Source of the DNA: Epithemia pelagica
Taxonomy: Eukaryota > Protista > Bacillariophyta
DNA: 64,000 nt
Assembly: GCA_946965045.2 (NCBI GenBank)
Contig: OX337235.1
Location: forward strand, 3,748,028-3,812,027
Direction of reading: 5' to 3'
Shown here: positions 1-10,212 of the stretch, in pieces
Numbering within the stretch: position 1 is the stretch's first letter
Layout: every line of letters starts with the position of its first letter
Notes under the pieces: generated by a model
What the model was told of the DNA's origin: nothing
Seen by the model: only the letters and a program-made list of their open reading frames with translations
Database searches by the model: none
Translations under genes and position numbers: made by a program

Positions 1-390
1 CCTCATGACTCCATTAGGCCCAACGCATCATCGAACCGCCTTTCACAAAATGCAAAACGACGAACGATGGATCCAGGCGACGATGCCTATGTAACGATCG
101 ACAATGCCTATGTAACGATTGTCGTTCTTAAGGACGGGATCCCATGACCATTGTCATAACGGTCCATGGCCCTAAGTGAATCAGAAGATACTTAGAGGCA
201 GCGATATCCCACGAACGGTGGCAGGCCCGTCCATAACACATCTCGTCGCCCAAATTGGTGATACAACGTCTCCACCAACGATTCAACGCATCGACGACAG
301 TTGGGAACGGAGACGTAGAACCTAACACCGTAGACACACAATTTTTGCAACAAGAGTCCTTTTCTTTACTCGCTAGTAAGGAAAACAACA
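1..390 (+). repeat. 5' LTR of A1 (first ~65 nt missing from window)
   Basis: Matches the distal 390 nt of the 3' LTR with 2 visible substitutions; ends AAAACAACA; internal 21-nt tandem duplication at 78-119. Confidence 0.97.
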
Positions 391-405
391 CGCTTCCTCT
401 GCGCT
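391..405 (+). promoter_or_regulatory. Putative non-canonical primer-binding site CGCTTCCTCTGCGCT
   Basis: Abuts the LTR end; its reverse complement AGCGCAGAGGAAGCG resembles the eukaryotic tRNAiMet D-arm (GGCGCAGCGGAAGCG in human). Confidence 0.6.
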
Positions 406-432
406 TTAGACAGCACACGTCCATCGTCTGCC

Positions 433-1672
433 ATGGCTTTCGCAATCTCTCCCGCTAACGCACACGCGAACAACATCGTGAACTTTGCAACGGCCGCGGG
501 AGCAAAGCTCTACAAGCAGGCAACGACTGGACTCTTTGACGGTGTATCTCTACGATCTTCACGCGGAAGGGCTGAAGACTTTTCTCGACTCATTCCAAGA
601 TCGGATCGTCGAACAGTCTTGGACCAGCACCTTTTCCATTCCCGAACACATTGTGGTTCCTCCAGCGGCTGGACCAGCACCGCCACCAGCACCTACGCAT
701 CTCTTGACTCAAGCCTACGGTCGCGTCTCGCTCGCCCAGGTTCGCACCTACGTCGATAGTTTCATCGGACAGAACAGGATTTCTCAGAATTCCTTTATGT
801 CCTACATGTGTTTGATGGCGTCGCTCAACGAAGATGCGAAGGCGCAAGTAAATCTACGACGCGAAGACTTTATTATCGACGACGTTGGCAGTGGTCCACT
901 CCTTCTCAAAGTGATCATTTCCCTCGCGTATGTGGATACCGAGGCGACTGTGATGGTACTTCGCCAGCGCTTGTCCGATCTACAGATTCATATTGCAGAC
1001 TTCAACGGTGACATCATCAAGTTCAACTCCTATGTGATGGCTACACTTCAAGGTTTGCATGCCCGCGGTGAACGAACGCTGGACTTACTCCCTAACCTTT
1101 TCAAAGCTTATGAGACTGTGAGTGATGAGAACTTCTTGGAGATGATCCGTTGTCGAAAGAACGCATACGAAGAAGGAGATTCTCCGAATCTCTCGGCGAC
1201 GCAACTCATGGATTGGGCCCGTCTCAAGTACCAAGGCCTGGTAGAAGCGAAGAAATGGCAGGCTCTGTCCGAACGTGACCAGAAGATTATTGCCCTTGAG
1301 GCCAAAGTCAAGAAGATGGAGAAAGGAAAAACAGCCCCGCTGTCCACGACCAAGGGATCCAAACAGGGCAAGCAAAAGACCAAAGAATCAGCAAAAGAAT
1401 CGTGGCTCACCATTGGGCCACATGAGGGAGGCCCAGAAGTAAAAGAAGTCAACGGAAAAATGTACTATTGGTGTAAGTGGCATGAAAAATGGTCACTCAA
1501 CAAGAAACACACTTCCGACACGTGCAACGGACGGGGCTTAACCGGAGAGAAAAAGAAGGCCTATGATCTAGCTCATGCCGAGAAGAACAATGATGGTACA
1601 ACTCCTGCCCTTCGCCTCGCGAATGCTCTAGCTGATCTACCGGCCCAAGAAGAATCTTCTGACGAAGAGTGA
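433..1672 (+). pseudogene. gag: gag of A1, frameshifted near 545
   Basis: ATG at 433; GGTGTATCTC here versus GGTGGTGATCTC in A2 (net 2-nt loss) splits it into ORFs 433-759 and 485-1672; C-terminal CKWH...HTSDTC knuckle-like motif. Confidence 0.9.
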
Positions 1673-1699
1673 CAACGAGACCCGAGGTCATTCCTCGGG
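1670..1699 (+). promoter_or_regulatory. Putative stop-codon readthrough signal (TGA, 8-nt spacer, 7-bp hairpin)
   Basis: TGA CAACGAGA CCCGAGG TCATT CCTCGGG; pol continues in the same frame with no further stop before the protease. Confidence 0.6.
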
Positions 1700-4600
1700 C
1701 TGTTCTACAAGACGGTCGAGAAGCTCATCTATATATTACTAGTGACAACAATCCTCTACATGTCTGTCCTAGTATATAGTGATGATGATGCTAGGTCGGC
1801 TAACCCTTCCCAAGATGACAAGACGAGTCTGCGGCCTAAGCTATGGTTTCTAACACCAACATGCAATAGCAACAGGATACGACGACAAACAAGGAAACCA
1901 AGATGGAATAGACAAACAATGCTAATGTTATGCATGGCAACAATACTCGCAGCTCCGATAACAGGCAAACCAGCCGCAGCACATCAAGTCAAGTTCGACT
2001 CCGATAGCCAGCCCGTGTTTGTTGACAACTGTGCAACATCGTCTATCACAAACGATATCACCGACTGCATAACAGCAATCCAGCCCGTAAGAAGAAAGAT
2101 CAAGGGCATTGCAGGATTGTTCAAAATGGAAATCTACTCCACGACGATCAAGTGGCACTTCGAAGACGACAACGGTGCCATCCATACATTCGTCCTGCCT
2201 CGATCATTCTACATACCATCGACCTCCAACAGACTGTTCTCTCCCCAACACTGGGCACAAGTAGCCAAAGACCACAAGCCGAATCCAGATGGCACTCGCT
2301 GCATCACCACAGCTGACAACATCATTCTCGAATGGAACCAACGCGAATCTACGAGAACCATCCCACTCAATCGAAGAGGAACGAATGTGGGACAGCTGTA
2401 CACTGCAAACGGTATGCTCAAGTTCCATGCTTTCTGCTGCACAGTACATGCGACACCGGAGGAAGAAGATGAGAATCCACCGATCGTTAGTCATGCGAAT
2501 CTGATCGAGGATGACGAAAGCATCAACGAGAACTCACCAAGCGCCCAGATCGAACAAGATTCCAACGATGTAGAACTTGACATGGATGACGAGCACAACG
2601 AACAGTATTTTCCGCAACGGGATCAGCCCATCACCACGGATTTTCTCTTCGAAGATGAAAAAGTGGTACATGTGATTCCCAATGAAGAAGAAGTGCCAAT
2701 CAAAAACCCGACGGTTGAACTCCTACGCGTTCATCATCGTCTCGGCCATCTGTCATTTGCTAAGATTCATGAAATGGCACGACGAGGTGAATTGCCCAAG
2801 CGACTCGGTTCATGCGCTGTTCCAGCATGTACAGCCTGTATGTACGGGAAAGCGACGAAGAAACCATGGCGAGTGAAAGGTACAAGGGGTACACTGGATG
2901 TTATGACTCGTCCAGGCCAATGTGTATCGGTCGACCAACTCATATCGACAACACCAGGATATATTGCCCACTTACGAGGTACTCCAACACGCGATAGATA
3001 TCGGGTAGCGACTGTTTTCGTGGACCACTACTCTGGTATAGGGTACGTCCACCTACAATGATCGACGTCGGCTGCGGATACCATCGAAGCAAAGGAGCGA
3101 TTTGAAGCATGGGCGGATACGCACGGGGTCGCAATCATGCACTATCATGCAGACAACGGCATTTTTGCTGACAACCAATTTCGCAAAGCAGTAAGAGACA
3201 AAGGACAGCGCTTGACGTTCAGCGGAGTCAACGCGCATTTTCAGAGCGGTATGGCCGAGAGGCGCATAAGGGACCTACAAGATTCAGCACGGACTATGCT
3301 ACTCCATGCACATCGTCGATGGCCCTCTGCTATTACTCCGAACCTCTGGCCCTATGCAGTACGCTATGCATCGGATATCTTCAACTCTGCACCTATGGCG
3401 AAACATAAGAATACGACGCCTTTGGAACTCTTCTCTGGTTCCCCAGCACGATTCAACCTGCGACACGCGCACACATTTGGATGTCCAAGTTATGTCCTAG
3501 ACAATGCTCTACAATCAGGAAAAGGGATTCCCAAATGGTCCGAAGGCTCTCGGATTGGTATCTTCTTGGGATACTCCGCCCAACACTCAAGAACCGTGGG
3601 GCTTATTCTCTCGTTGTCCTCCGGTTTATCTTCTCCACAATTCCATGTTCAATATGATGACCGTTTTGAGACTATGCGACGTAGTTTCGGGGAAGTACAA
3701 CCTGTCTCCTACTGGCAGCAGAAGGCCGGGTTCCGCAAGGGTAAAACCATGGATCAGTCCCAACCAGATCACCACACTACCGACACACGTGACTCACAAC
3801 TACCCTCACAAATGAGGGAGGTAGATCACAATTCTACCCTAGAGGAGCCACCTATAGTTCCGTTACCAGTCGACAATGAAGAGCTAATCCAGCCGACAAA
3901 TGAGGGAGCCTTTGGAGTCCGCAGGTCACAACGACAACCCAAACCAACTATGCGATATCAAGACTATATGGATTCTTTGGGGGACGACCTAGATCCTCTA
4001 GGTGAGCTGGCAGTGACGTTACCTGGGTTGATCTCCATGACCGCACAGGCCCAAGCAAATCCAGATGTCATGTATTGGCACGAAGCCATGCGACAACCAG
4101 ATCGATTGGAATTTATAAAGGCTGCACAAAAGGAGGTCCAGGATCACACCGCAAACGGTCTCTGGGAAGTGGTTCGACGACAAGATATACCACCGGGTAG
4201 CTATGTGACTAGAGCAGTATGGAGTTGTGTCCGGAAGCGGAAACTGCAGACAGGTGAAATCTATAAATGGAAGTCACGCTTGGCATTTGATGGATCAAGA
4301 CAGACCAAAGGGGTGAACTATTGGGAGACTTATGCTCCCGTAGTCCAATGGCCTGTGGTCCGCTATGTCTTAACGACGGCTATTTCGCAAGGATGGGCGA
4401 TGAAGCAGATAGACTATGTCCTCGCCTATACTCAAGCCGTGGCGGAAACTGATATGTACATGGAGGCACCTAGAGGGTTTACATTCGACACGACCGGAAA
4501 ACAACGAGCCGAAGATTTTGTTCTCAAGATTAAACGGAATTACTACGGTCAGAAACAGGCCGCGCGTGTCTGGAATAAACACCTAGTACAGCAATTGGAA

Positions 4601-5671
4601 CAAGTGGGATTCAAACAGAGTGATCATGATGAATGTGTCTTCTACAAAGGACGCAGCCTCTATATCCTGTACACAGACGACTCCATCTTAACAGGGCCTG
4701 ATCCACAGGAACTCGACGATATCATCACCCAGATGCAGGACATTGGGCTTAAGATTACATATGAAGACGGAGTAGAAGATTTTCTTGGAGTCAACATTAC
4801 AAAACAACAGACCGGACATCTTCACCTCTCCCAGACTCGCTTGATCGACGCTATCCTTGATGATCTGCGATTACCAGCGGACACGAATACTCGCGACGTG
4901 CCGGCAGCAACCACAGTGAAGATGCGCGCCGATGATGATGGGGACCCCTTTGATGGACACTTCAACTATCGCTCGGTCATCGGGAAACTGAATTTCCTCG
5001 AGAAAAGTACACGACCTGATATATCCTACGCAGTACATCAATGTGCACGCTTTTCCGCGAATCCAAAGCAGGTACACGGACGAGCAGTAAAGCAGATTGG
5101 GCGCTACCTCGCTGGTACACGGTCACGAGGACTCGTGCTCAAACCACAGGACAAAGAAAATTTCGACGTTTATGCCGATGCCGATTTTTGTGGCAACTTC
5201 AATAAGACAGATATGCCACGATCAGACATGGCCCGATCGCGTTCCGGATATGTCATCTTTTATGGAGGTTGTCCCATAGTGTGGGCATCAAAGTTACAGT
5301 CCGAGATTGCACTGTCCACAACGGAAGCGGAAATTATCAGCCTCTCTACTTCATTGCGTACAGTCATCCCACTAATGAACATTACGAAAGAGATGAAATC
5401 ACTCGGCTTCCCTGTCCTGTCAACACAACCCAGAGTGCATTGTCGAGCTTTTGAAGACAATAACGGAGCTTACGAATTGGCTACGGTCTATAAGTATCGA
5501 CCACGCACGCGATACCTCTGTACCAAGCTATTTCATTTCAAGTCCTACGTCGAGAAGAAAGAGATTACGATCCTCCCTTGCGATACGGAGTTGCAGACCG
5601 CGGATATCTTTACCAAAGCACTGGATAAAGAGACGTTCGAGCGGCATCGCACGCGTATTATGGGCTGGTAG
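1673..5671 (+). pseudogene. pol: pol of A1 (PR-IN-RT-RNaseH) with premature TGA at 3059-3061
   Basis: VDNCAT protease, HHRLGH...C..C zinc finger, VDQ/ADNG/AERR DDE core, YTDD RT, DADF/TEAE/EDN/ADIFTK RNase H; CGA>TGA relative to A2. Confidence 0.95.
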
Positions 5672-5690
5672 TCAGATTTTCACGCTGCGT

Positions 5691-5697
5691 GAGGGAG
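5691..5697 (+). other. Polypurine tract GAGGGAG
   Basis: Immediately 5' of the 3' LTR TG; same in A2 at 38615-38621. Confidence 0.8.
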
Positions 5698-6152
5698 TGT
5701 TCGAATATTGTACATGCGGGCATATGTAACTGATGGGGACCTTGGGGGACCGCAGACGCAAACCTCATGACTCCATTAGGCCAAACGCATCATCGAACCG
5801 CCTTTCACAAAATGCAAAACGACGGACGATGGATCCAGGCGACGATGCCTATGTAACGATCGACAATGCCTATGTAACGATTGTCGTTCTTAAGGACGGG
5901 ATCCCATGACCATTGTCATAACGGTCCATGGCCCTAAGTGAATCAGAAGATACTTAGAGGCAGCGATATCCCACGAACGGTGGCAGGCCCGTCCATAACA
6001 CATCTCGTCGCCCAAATTGGTGATACAACGTCTCCACCAACGATTCAACGCATCGACGACAGTTGGGAACGGAGACGTAGAACCTAACACCGTAGACACA
6101 CAATTTTTGCAACAAGAGTCCTTTTCTTTACTCGCTAGTAAGGAAAACAACA
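5698..6152 (+). repeat. 3' LTR of A1 (455 bp)
   Basis: TGTTCGAAT...AAAACAACA; near-identical to the other three family A LTRs. Confidence 0.97.
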
Positions 6153-6851
6153 TCTTCCTAGTTCAGATGGATTGACGTCAATCATTTCCTGCAATCACCT
6201 TTAACAAACAGCAGCACACATGCGAGTCCCTGGACGACATTGAATCGTCGTTTATCCACGGCACGAAGAGCATGCTGTGCTGTTGCGGTGAACAATCGAT
6301 ATATTGTGGTAATGGGTGGATCGAACAGGTGGCAAGACTTATCGTCGGTTGAGATTATGGATACCAGCAACGAAACTGTTACTGCAGGGCCATCCATGAC
6401 TTTTCCTGGACAAATGTGGGCCAGTGTGGTCATTGGTCTCCGTATATTTGTCGTTGGAGGCCGTGACGAGGACGGCAACGCTTACTCGGTGGAGTATTTG
6501 GACTTTACAAAGCCAAGTGACAATGAAGAGACAAACGAGGAGACTATCGGTCAAGTTATTTCCTCCTCGGTCACTTGGACCACTCATTCTGATTTGGTAC
6601 TCTCCAGCCAACGAGGTAAGGATACCTGTGCAGTGGTTGCCGTGGGATCTTGTCTGGTTGTGGTGGCTAAACAAGACTTTCCAACCACGAAAATCTTGGA
6701 TACGCACCGCAACCGTGCATGGTATCTTCCGCGAGTCGGACATCGTCTTGAAGGCTACAGAATGGTGACTGTTGACAATCAAGTTGCCGTGATTGGTGGA
6801 TGGCGCAATCCGTCCTGTGCGACATTCCCACTAATGGACAAGCATACGTGA
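6153..6851 (+). pseudogene. Kelch-repeat gene K1, 3' half; 5' part cut off by A1
   Basis: YIVVMGG, IFVVGG, VAVIGG blades homologous to K2-K6; in-frame TAG at 6159 and TGG>TGA at 6849 where paralogs read TWCFR. Confidence 0.85.
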
Positions 6852-7358
6852 GGTTTTCGTCGACTGTGTGAACAGCCGCCCAATGAATGGTATCATTTTC
6901 GGGAAGCAATGGGTTGCTCACATGCTGATATCCCACCTTTCTCCACCTCGACATCAAATTGTAAACGAGCAAGGCCCAATACGCACCGATGCGATTGAGG
7001 GAAAGATAAAGCCTGATGTGTGTGACTGTTATATCCTACAAGTAATGGTTGGAATAATGTTGTAGATATTCATGAACTTGCCTTGCAGTAGGAAAGAAAA
7101 AGGAAAAGGCAATGGCAAAGCTATAGTATAATCATTTTGTTCTCAAACACACTTGTCTTTTTCTCTGGTGAATCCTTGTAGTAGAAATAATGCAATAATG
7201 TGATCGGCGTCCGGCAAAGACAAAAAAAAACAATGGATTATCCAGAGGTTTGCAATGTGTTGTTTGCTAGATTACAAACTTCTATAAGAGGCACAAACGA
7301 ATCACTGCGCCTGTAGGACGGCACTCGTTGTATTCTCTTAAAGAGCGACGGATATCAC

Positions 7359-8510
7359 CTAATGCTCTTTCTTATCCCAAATCTCACCGTCCTCAACCTC
7401 TACCGTATACAACCGTGTGCCAGCACTGTAGAAGGTGCCTCGGGATTTATCATGTCTCCGTCTAAAGTCGATTGCAATCACACGACAAGTTTCATAATCC
7501 CACGCCGACATATAAAATAAGCCGTTGTCCTCCTCGTCATTGACACCATCAACCCGTGCTTGAACGGTTGCTCCTAATAGAGAAGATGGATCAAAGCGGG
7601 TCACTCCTGCACTTCATGTTCATTCAATTCTTGTTTCAAATCGAGACGTTACCATCCATCGGTATAGGCATCGGCAATGACACCAATGTGCCATTACTGA
7701 CCTTCGCGAACTTGAGCAGTTGAACCGGATACCAGCCAGGCGTTTCTCGAAGGTGTGGGCCAAGGATTGGGCATGCCAGCAGTAATGGATATCGGAGACG
7801 GTGCCACAGCATGACGAGGCTCCAAAGAGATCCCTTGCACAGGTACCAACGGCAAAACAAACCTTTGCTTTCCTGCCATAACAGTTTCTTTCTGGTGGAA
7901 CGCATGCGGTTCGTGAATCGTCTCCAAAGCAGAACTATCTGCCGTTGTTTCAAGGCGACTCGACATCAATTTGGAGGACGACGCAAGAGTGCCTGGCTCC
8001 GAAACGAGATATTGAATCGAGGCATGGTCGGCTGTTTCCATGGCTATCGTCAAGAGCCGTTCTGACATGACGATAGGCCAACGCTGTGGCTCGGTATACA
8101 CCAAACCACCATTCCGACAATACGGGTTCTATTGTTTCTTGAAGCAACCAATGCAAGACAGGATATACGGCTTGACTCAATAACCGATGTGACACCAATT
8201 GCAAGGCTTGTGAATGACTCATGAGAAACAATTGTCCATCTTGTCCTTGCTGCAAAAACCGAGCGACCTCCCCTGTTTCTTGTCCATGTCTTAGTGTCTG
8301 GTATATCCATTTTGCCACCGCGTCGCATGACATCCATATCATGGCAGACGGATTCCGCTCGTCACGGTCGCTATTGGTGCTGACAAAGGCTTGAATGTGT
8401 TGATTCAAGTTGCGATCGCCCCAATGGCCCTTGTGACAATGCCCAAGTAATGCGATCCACCCAATCGATATTCTTCCAAAACATCGGAGCGAGTCGGAAA
8501 GGTCGACCAC
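7359..8510 (-). pseudogene. Degenerate gene of unknown function with Tudor/SH3-like C-terminal segment(s); paralog of 52022-52830
   Basis: Clear DNA similarity of 7640-8530 to 52030-52850; multiple stops and frameshifts; segments WHIGVIADAYTDGW and GATVQARVDG...RLYTVEVEDG look beta-barrel-like. Confidence 0.45.
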
Positions 8511-8590
8511 CCCTCCCTCACAAGATCGGCACAGTTATCTTCATGACTCAAGACGGAGGCAAACGAGAAGCAATGGATTGATTCATTGAT

Positions 8591-9709
8591 CTATTTTTCT
8601 TGCGACAAGGACGCAGTGACATACTGCACAAGTCCACGACGCTTGCAAATCAGAATACCAGAGCCGACAGACGTATGCGATTCTGCACAGCTGTCTGCCA
8701 AAGTCCCTTCATCCGCTACTTTCATCCTTTTGTTCGATTCCGCCCTGTCACTTTGTTGCATCTGGTGGATTCTCAAGCTCTCTACAGTAAGGGCTGAATT
8801 GACAGAGTCTGTGTGAATTGCGATTGCCTTACCCCTGTAAACATGTGGTCCTCCACAGGAACCGTCAAAGCCTCCAGTTTGGAAGTCAATGTAATTCTTT
8901 TTCACCAAACCAACAGATCCCTGCTTGGGAATGACATGGAGTCTGTCAGTGTATTCCGTGTCATATCGAAACAATGTAACAGGAACATGATAAAAAGTCA
9001 TTGGCTCGCTTGCCCCATCCCTTGGGATGTCTGCTATTGAAGAGGCAACAGGTATCGTCTGCGGAAAGACACAACCATCACTGCGCTCGAGCACAGCCCA
9101 GTCATTCTCAAAGTGAAACTTTTTGACCGTGACAGGTATCTCGACTTTGCCTTGTTCCGGTGAAATGACACCATTGTTGCGCACCAGGACCGTTGTGAGA
9201 AAGAGTGGTTCGTCAATGAGTTGTATTTCGCCACTGGTCTCGTCCTTGCTCGAGATGACATGTCCGGCGGTGAGTACAGCCGTCTTTGTCACCGCAAAAG
9301 CCGTGGCGATCACCACAATTTCATGTTCATGTGGTTTGGAATACAAAATGTAAATGCTGTCATGGAAAGGATAGCCTGGGTCACCGGACGGCTGTTTCTT
9401 TGGAGCGGGTGCCACCACGATCAAGGGGTGATGGTCGGATGTGGGAGGAGATGTATCCTTCAACTCATCCACTATCTCTTTCAATTTCCTGCCTGGGTTA
9501 TACTTTTTCTTGTCACGAAAAGATTTCGGTGGGAAGACAATCAAATCATCAAAATCACAGTGTTGGAGAGACTTGCTTTTTCGAGGGTGCACCAAACCTT
9601 TCAAGTCGGCAACATGAGTATCAGGTGCTGGACTAATTTGTATAGGGTCGCCCTCCGGCTCATCCTTTCCCTTGTAGTAGAGCTGAACCCAAACAGATGA
9701 AGAAGACAT
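8591..9709 (-). CDS. Crinkler (CRN)-type ubiquitin-like header fused to a chymotrypsin-fold protease, 372 aa
   Basis: N-terminus VWVQLYYKG...DLIVFPPK...HHPLIVVAP (CRN LxLFLAK/HVLVxxP-like); protease motifs TAGH, NDWAVL, DGSCGGP, IAIH. Confidence 0.75.
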   Translation of the reverse strand: MSSSSVWVQLYYKGKDEPEGDPIQISPAPDTHVADLKGLVHPRKSKSLQHCDFDDLIVFPPKSFRDKKKYNPGRKLKEIVDELKDTSPPTSDHHPLIVVAPAPKKQPSGDPGYPFHDSIYILYSKPHEHEIVVIATAFAVTKTAVLTAGHVISSKDETSGEIQLIDEPLFLTTVLVRNNGVISPEQGKVEIPVTVKKFHFENDWAVLERSDGCVFPQTIPVASSIADIPRDGASEPMTFYHVPVTLFRYDTEYTDRLHVIPKQGSVGLVKKNYIDFQTGGFDGSCGGPHVYRGKAIAIHTDSVNSALTVESLRIHQMQQSDRAESNKRMKVADEGTLADSCAESHTSVGSGILICKRRGLVQYVTASLSQEK

Positions 9710-9998
9710 GATGATATTTTGCTGTTGCCGTTATTGACGTATCGTGTATCGTCGTCTTCGTTGTTGCTATTGTTGTTGCAACATTGAAAGCGACTGCTGC
9801 GGCTGTTGTTCTTGTTGTTGCCGCTGCGGAGTGTCTTTTTATTGGTGTTGCTGTTGGATGCTCAGTCGGTCGTCGTTGTTGCTCTTCCGGTGATGTTGTT
9901 GCAACGTTGACTTCGGCATTGTCGTTGCTGCGCTGTTGTATGTTGGTGTTATAATGAAAAGTATTGACAGAGGAGGCTCGCCAGGCGCATCGCCAAAA

Positions 9999-10166
9999 TA
10001 CTTGATAGAATCCGTTCCAAAGAAAGACTAAGATAAGCGTTACAACTACATCCATCGCATAAAACCAGTAAAGTGGCCCCCCGGCCATAAGGCCCAATCT
10101 ACGTCGCCATAAGGCCCAATCTACGTCATGCTGACGTATCAATCCCGTATCGACCAGAATGAGACA
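9999..10166 (-). repeat. 3' LTR of B, lacking its last 10 nt
   Basis: Identical to 16432-16599; stops at ...CTATCAAGTA whereas the 5' LTR continues GAATAAGACA; 22-nt tandem duplication at 10084-10127. Confidence 0.85.
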
Positions 10167-10212
10167 GTCCCCGCCAGTGGATCAACCAATGAGAGTTGAG
10201 TTACTGGCCCCA

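Larger units (their letters stand above)
1..6152 (+). mobile_element. Ty1/copia (CoDi-like) LTR retrotransposon, family A copy 1; defective; 5' end just outside the window
   Basis: Direct repeats 1-390 and 5698-6152 (TG...CA); gag plus pol in PR-IN-RT-RH order; PPT before the 3' LTR; near-identical to 32859-39075. Confidence 0.97.

Noticed and set aside
78-119. Short spaced or tandem repeats in LTRs as CRISPR-like arrays
   Set aside because: Only two units each, no unique spacers, no cas genes, eukaryotic context.
391-405. tRNA gene
   Set aside because: Only short complementary segments at PBS positions; no cloverleaf or A/B boxes anywhere in the window.
128-458. Short ORFs within family A LTRs, repeated at 5890, 33051 and 38814
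   Set aside because: Recurrence only reflects LTR identity; no recognizable motifs; length changes with a 1-nt indel.
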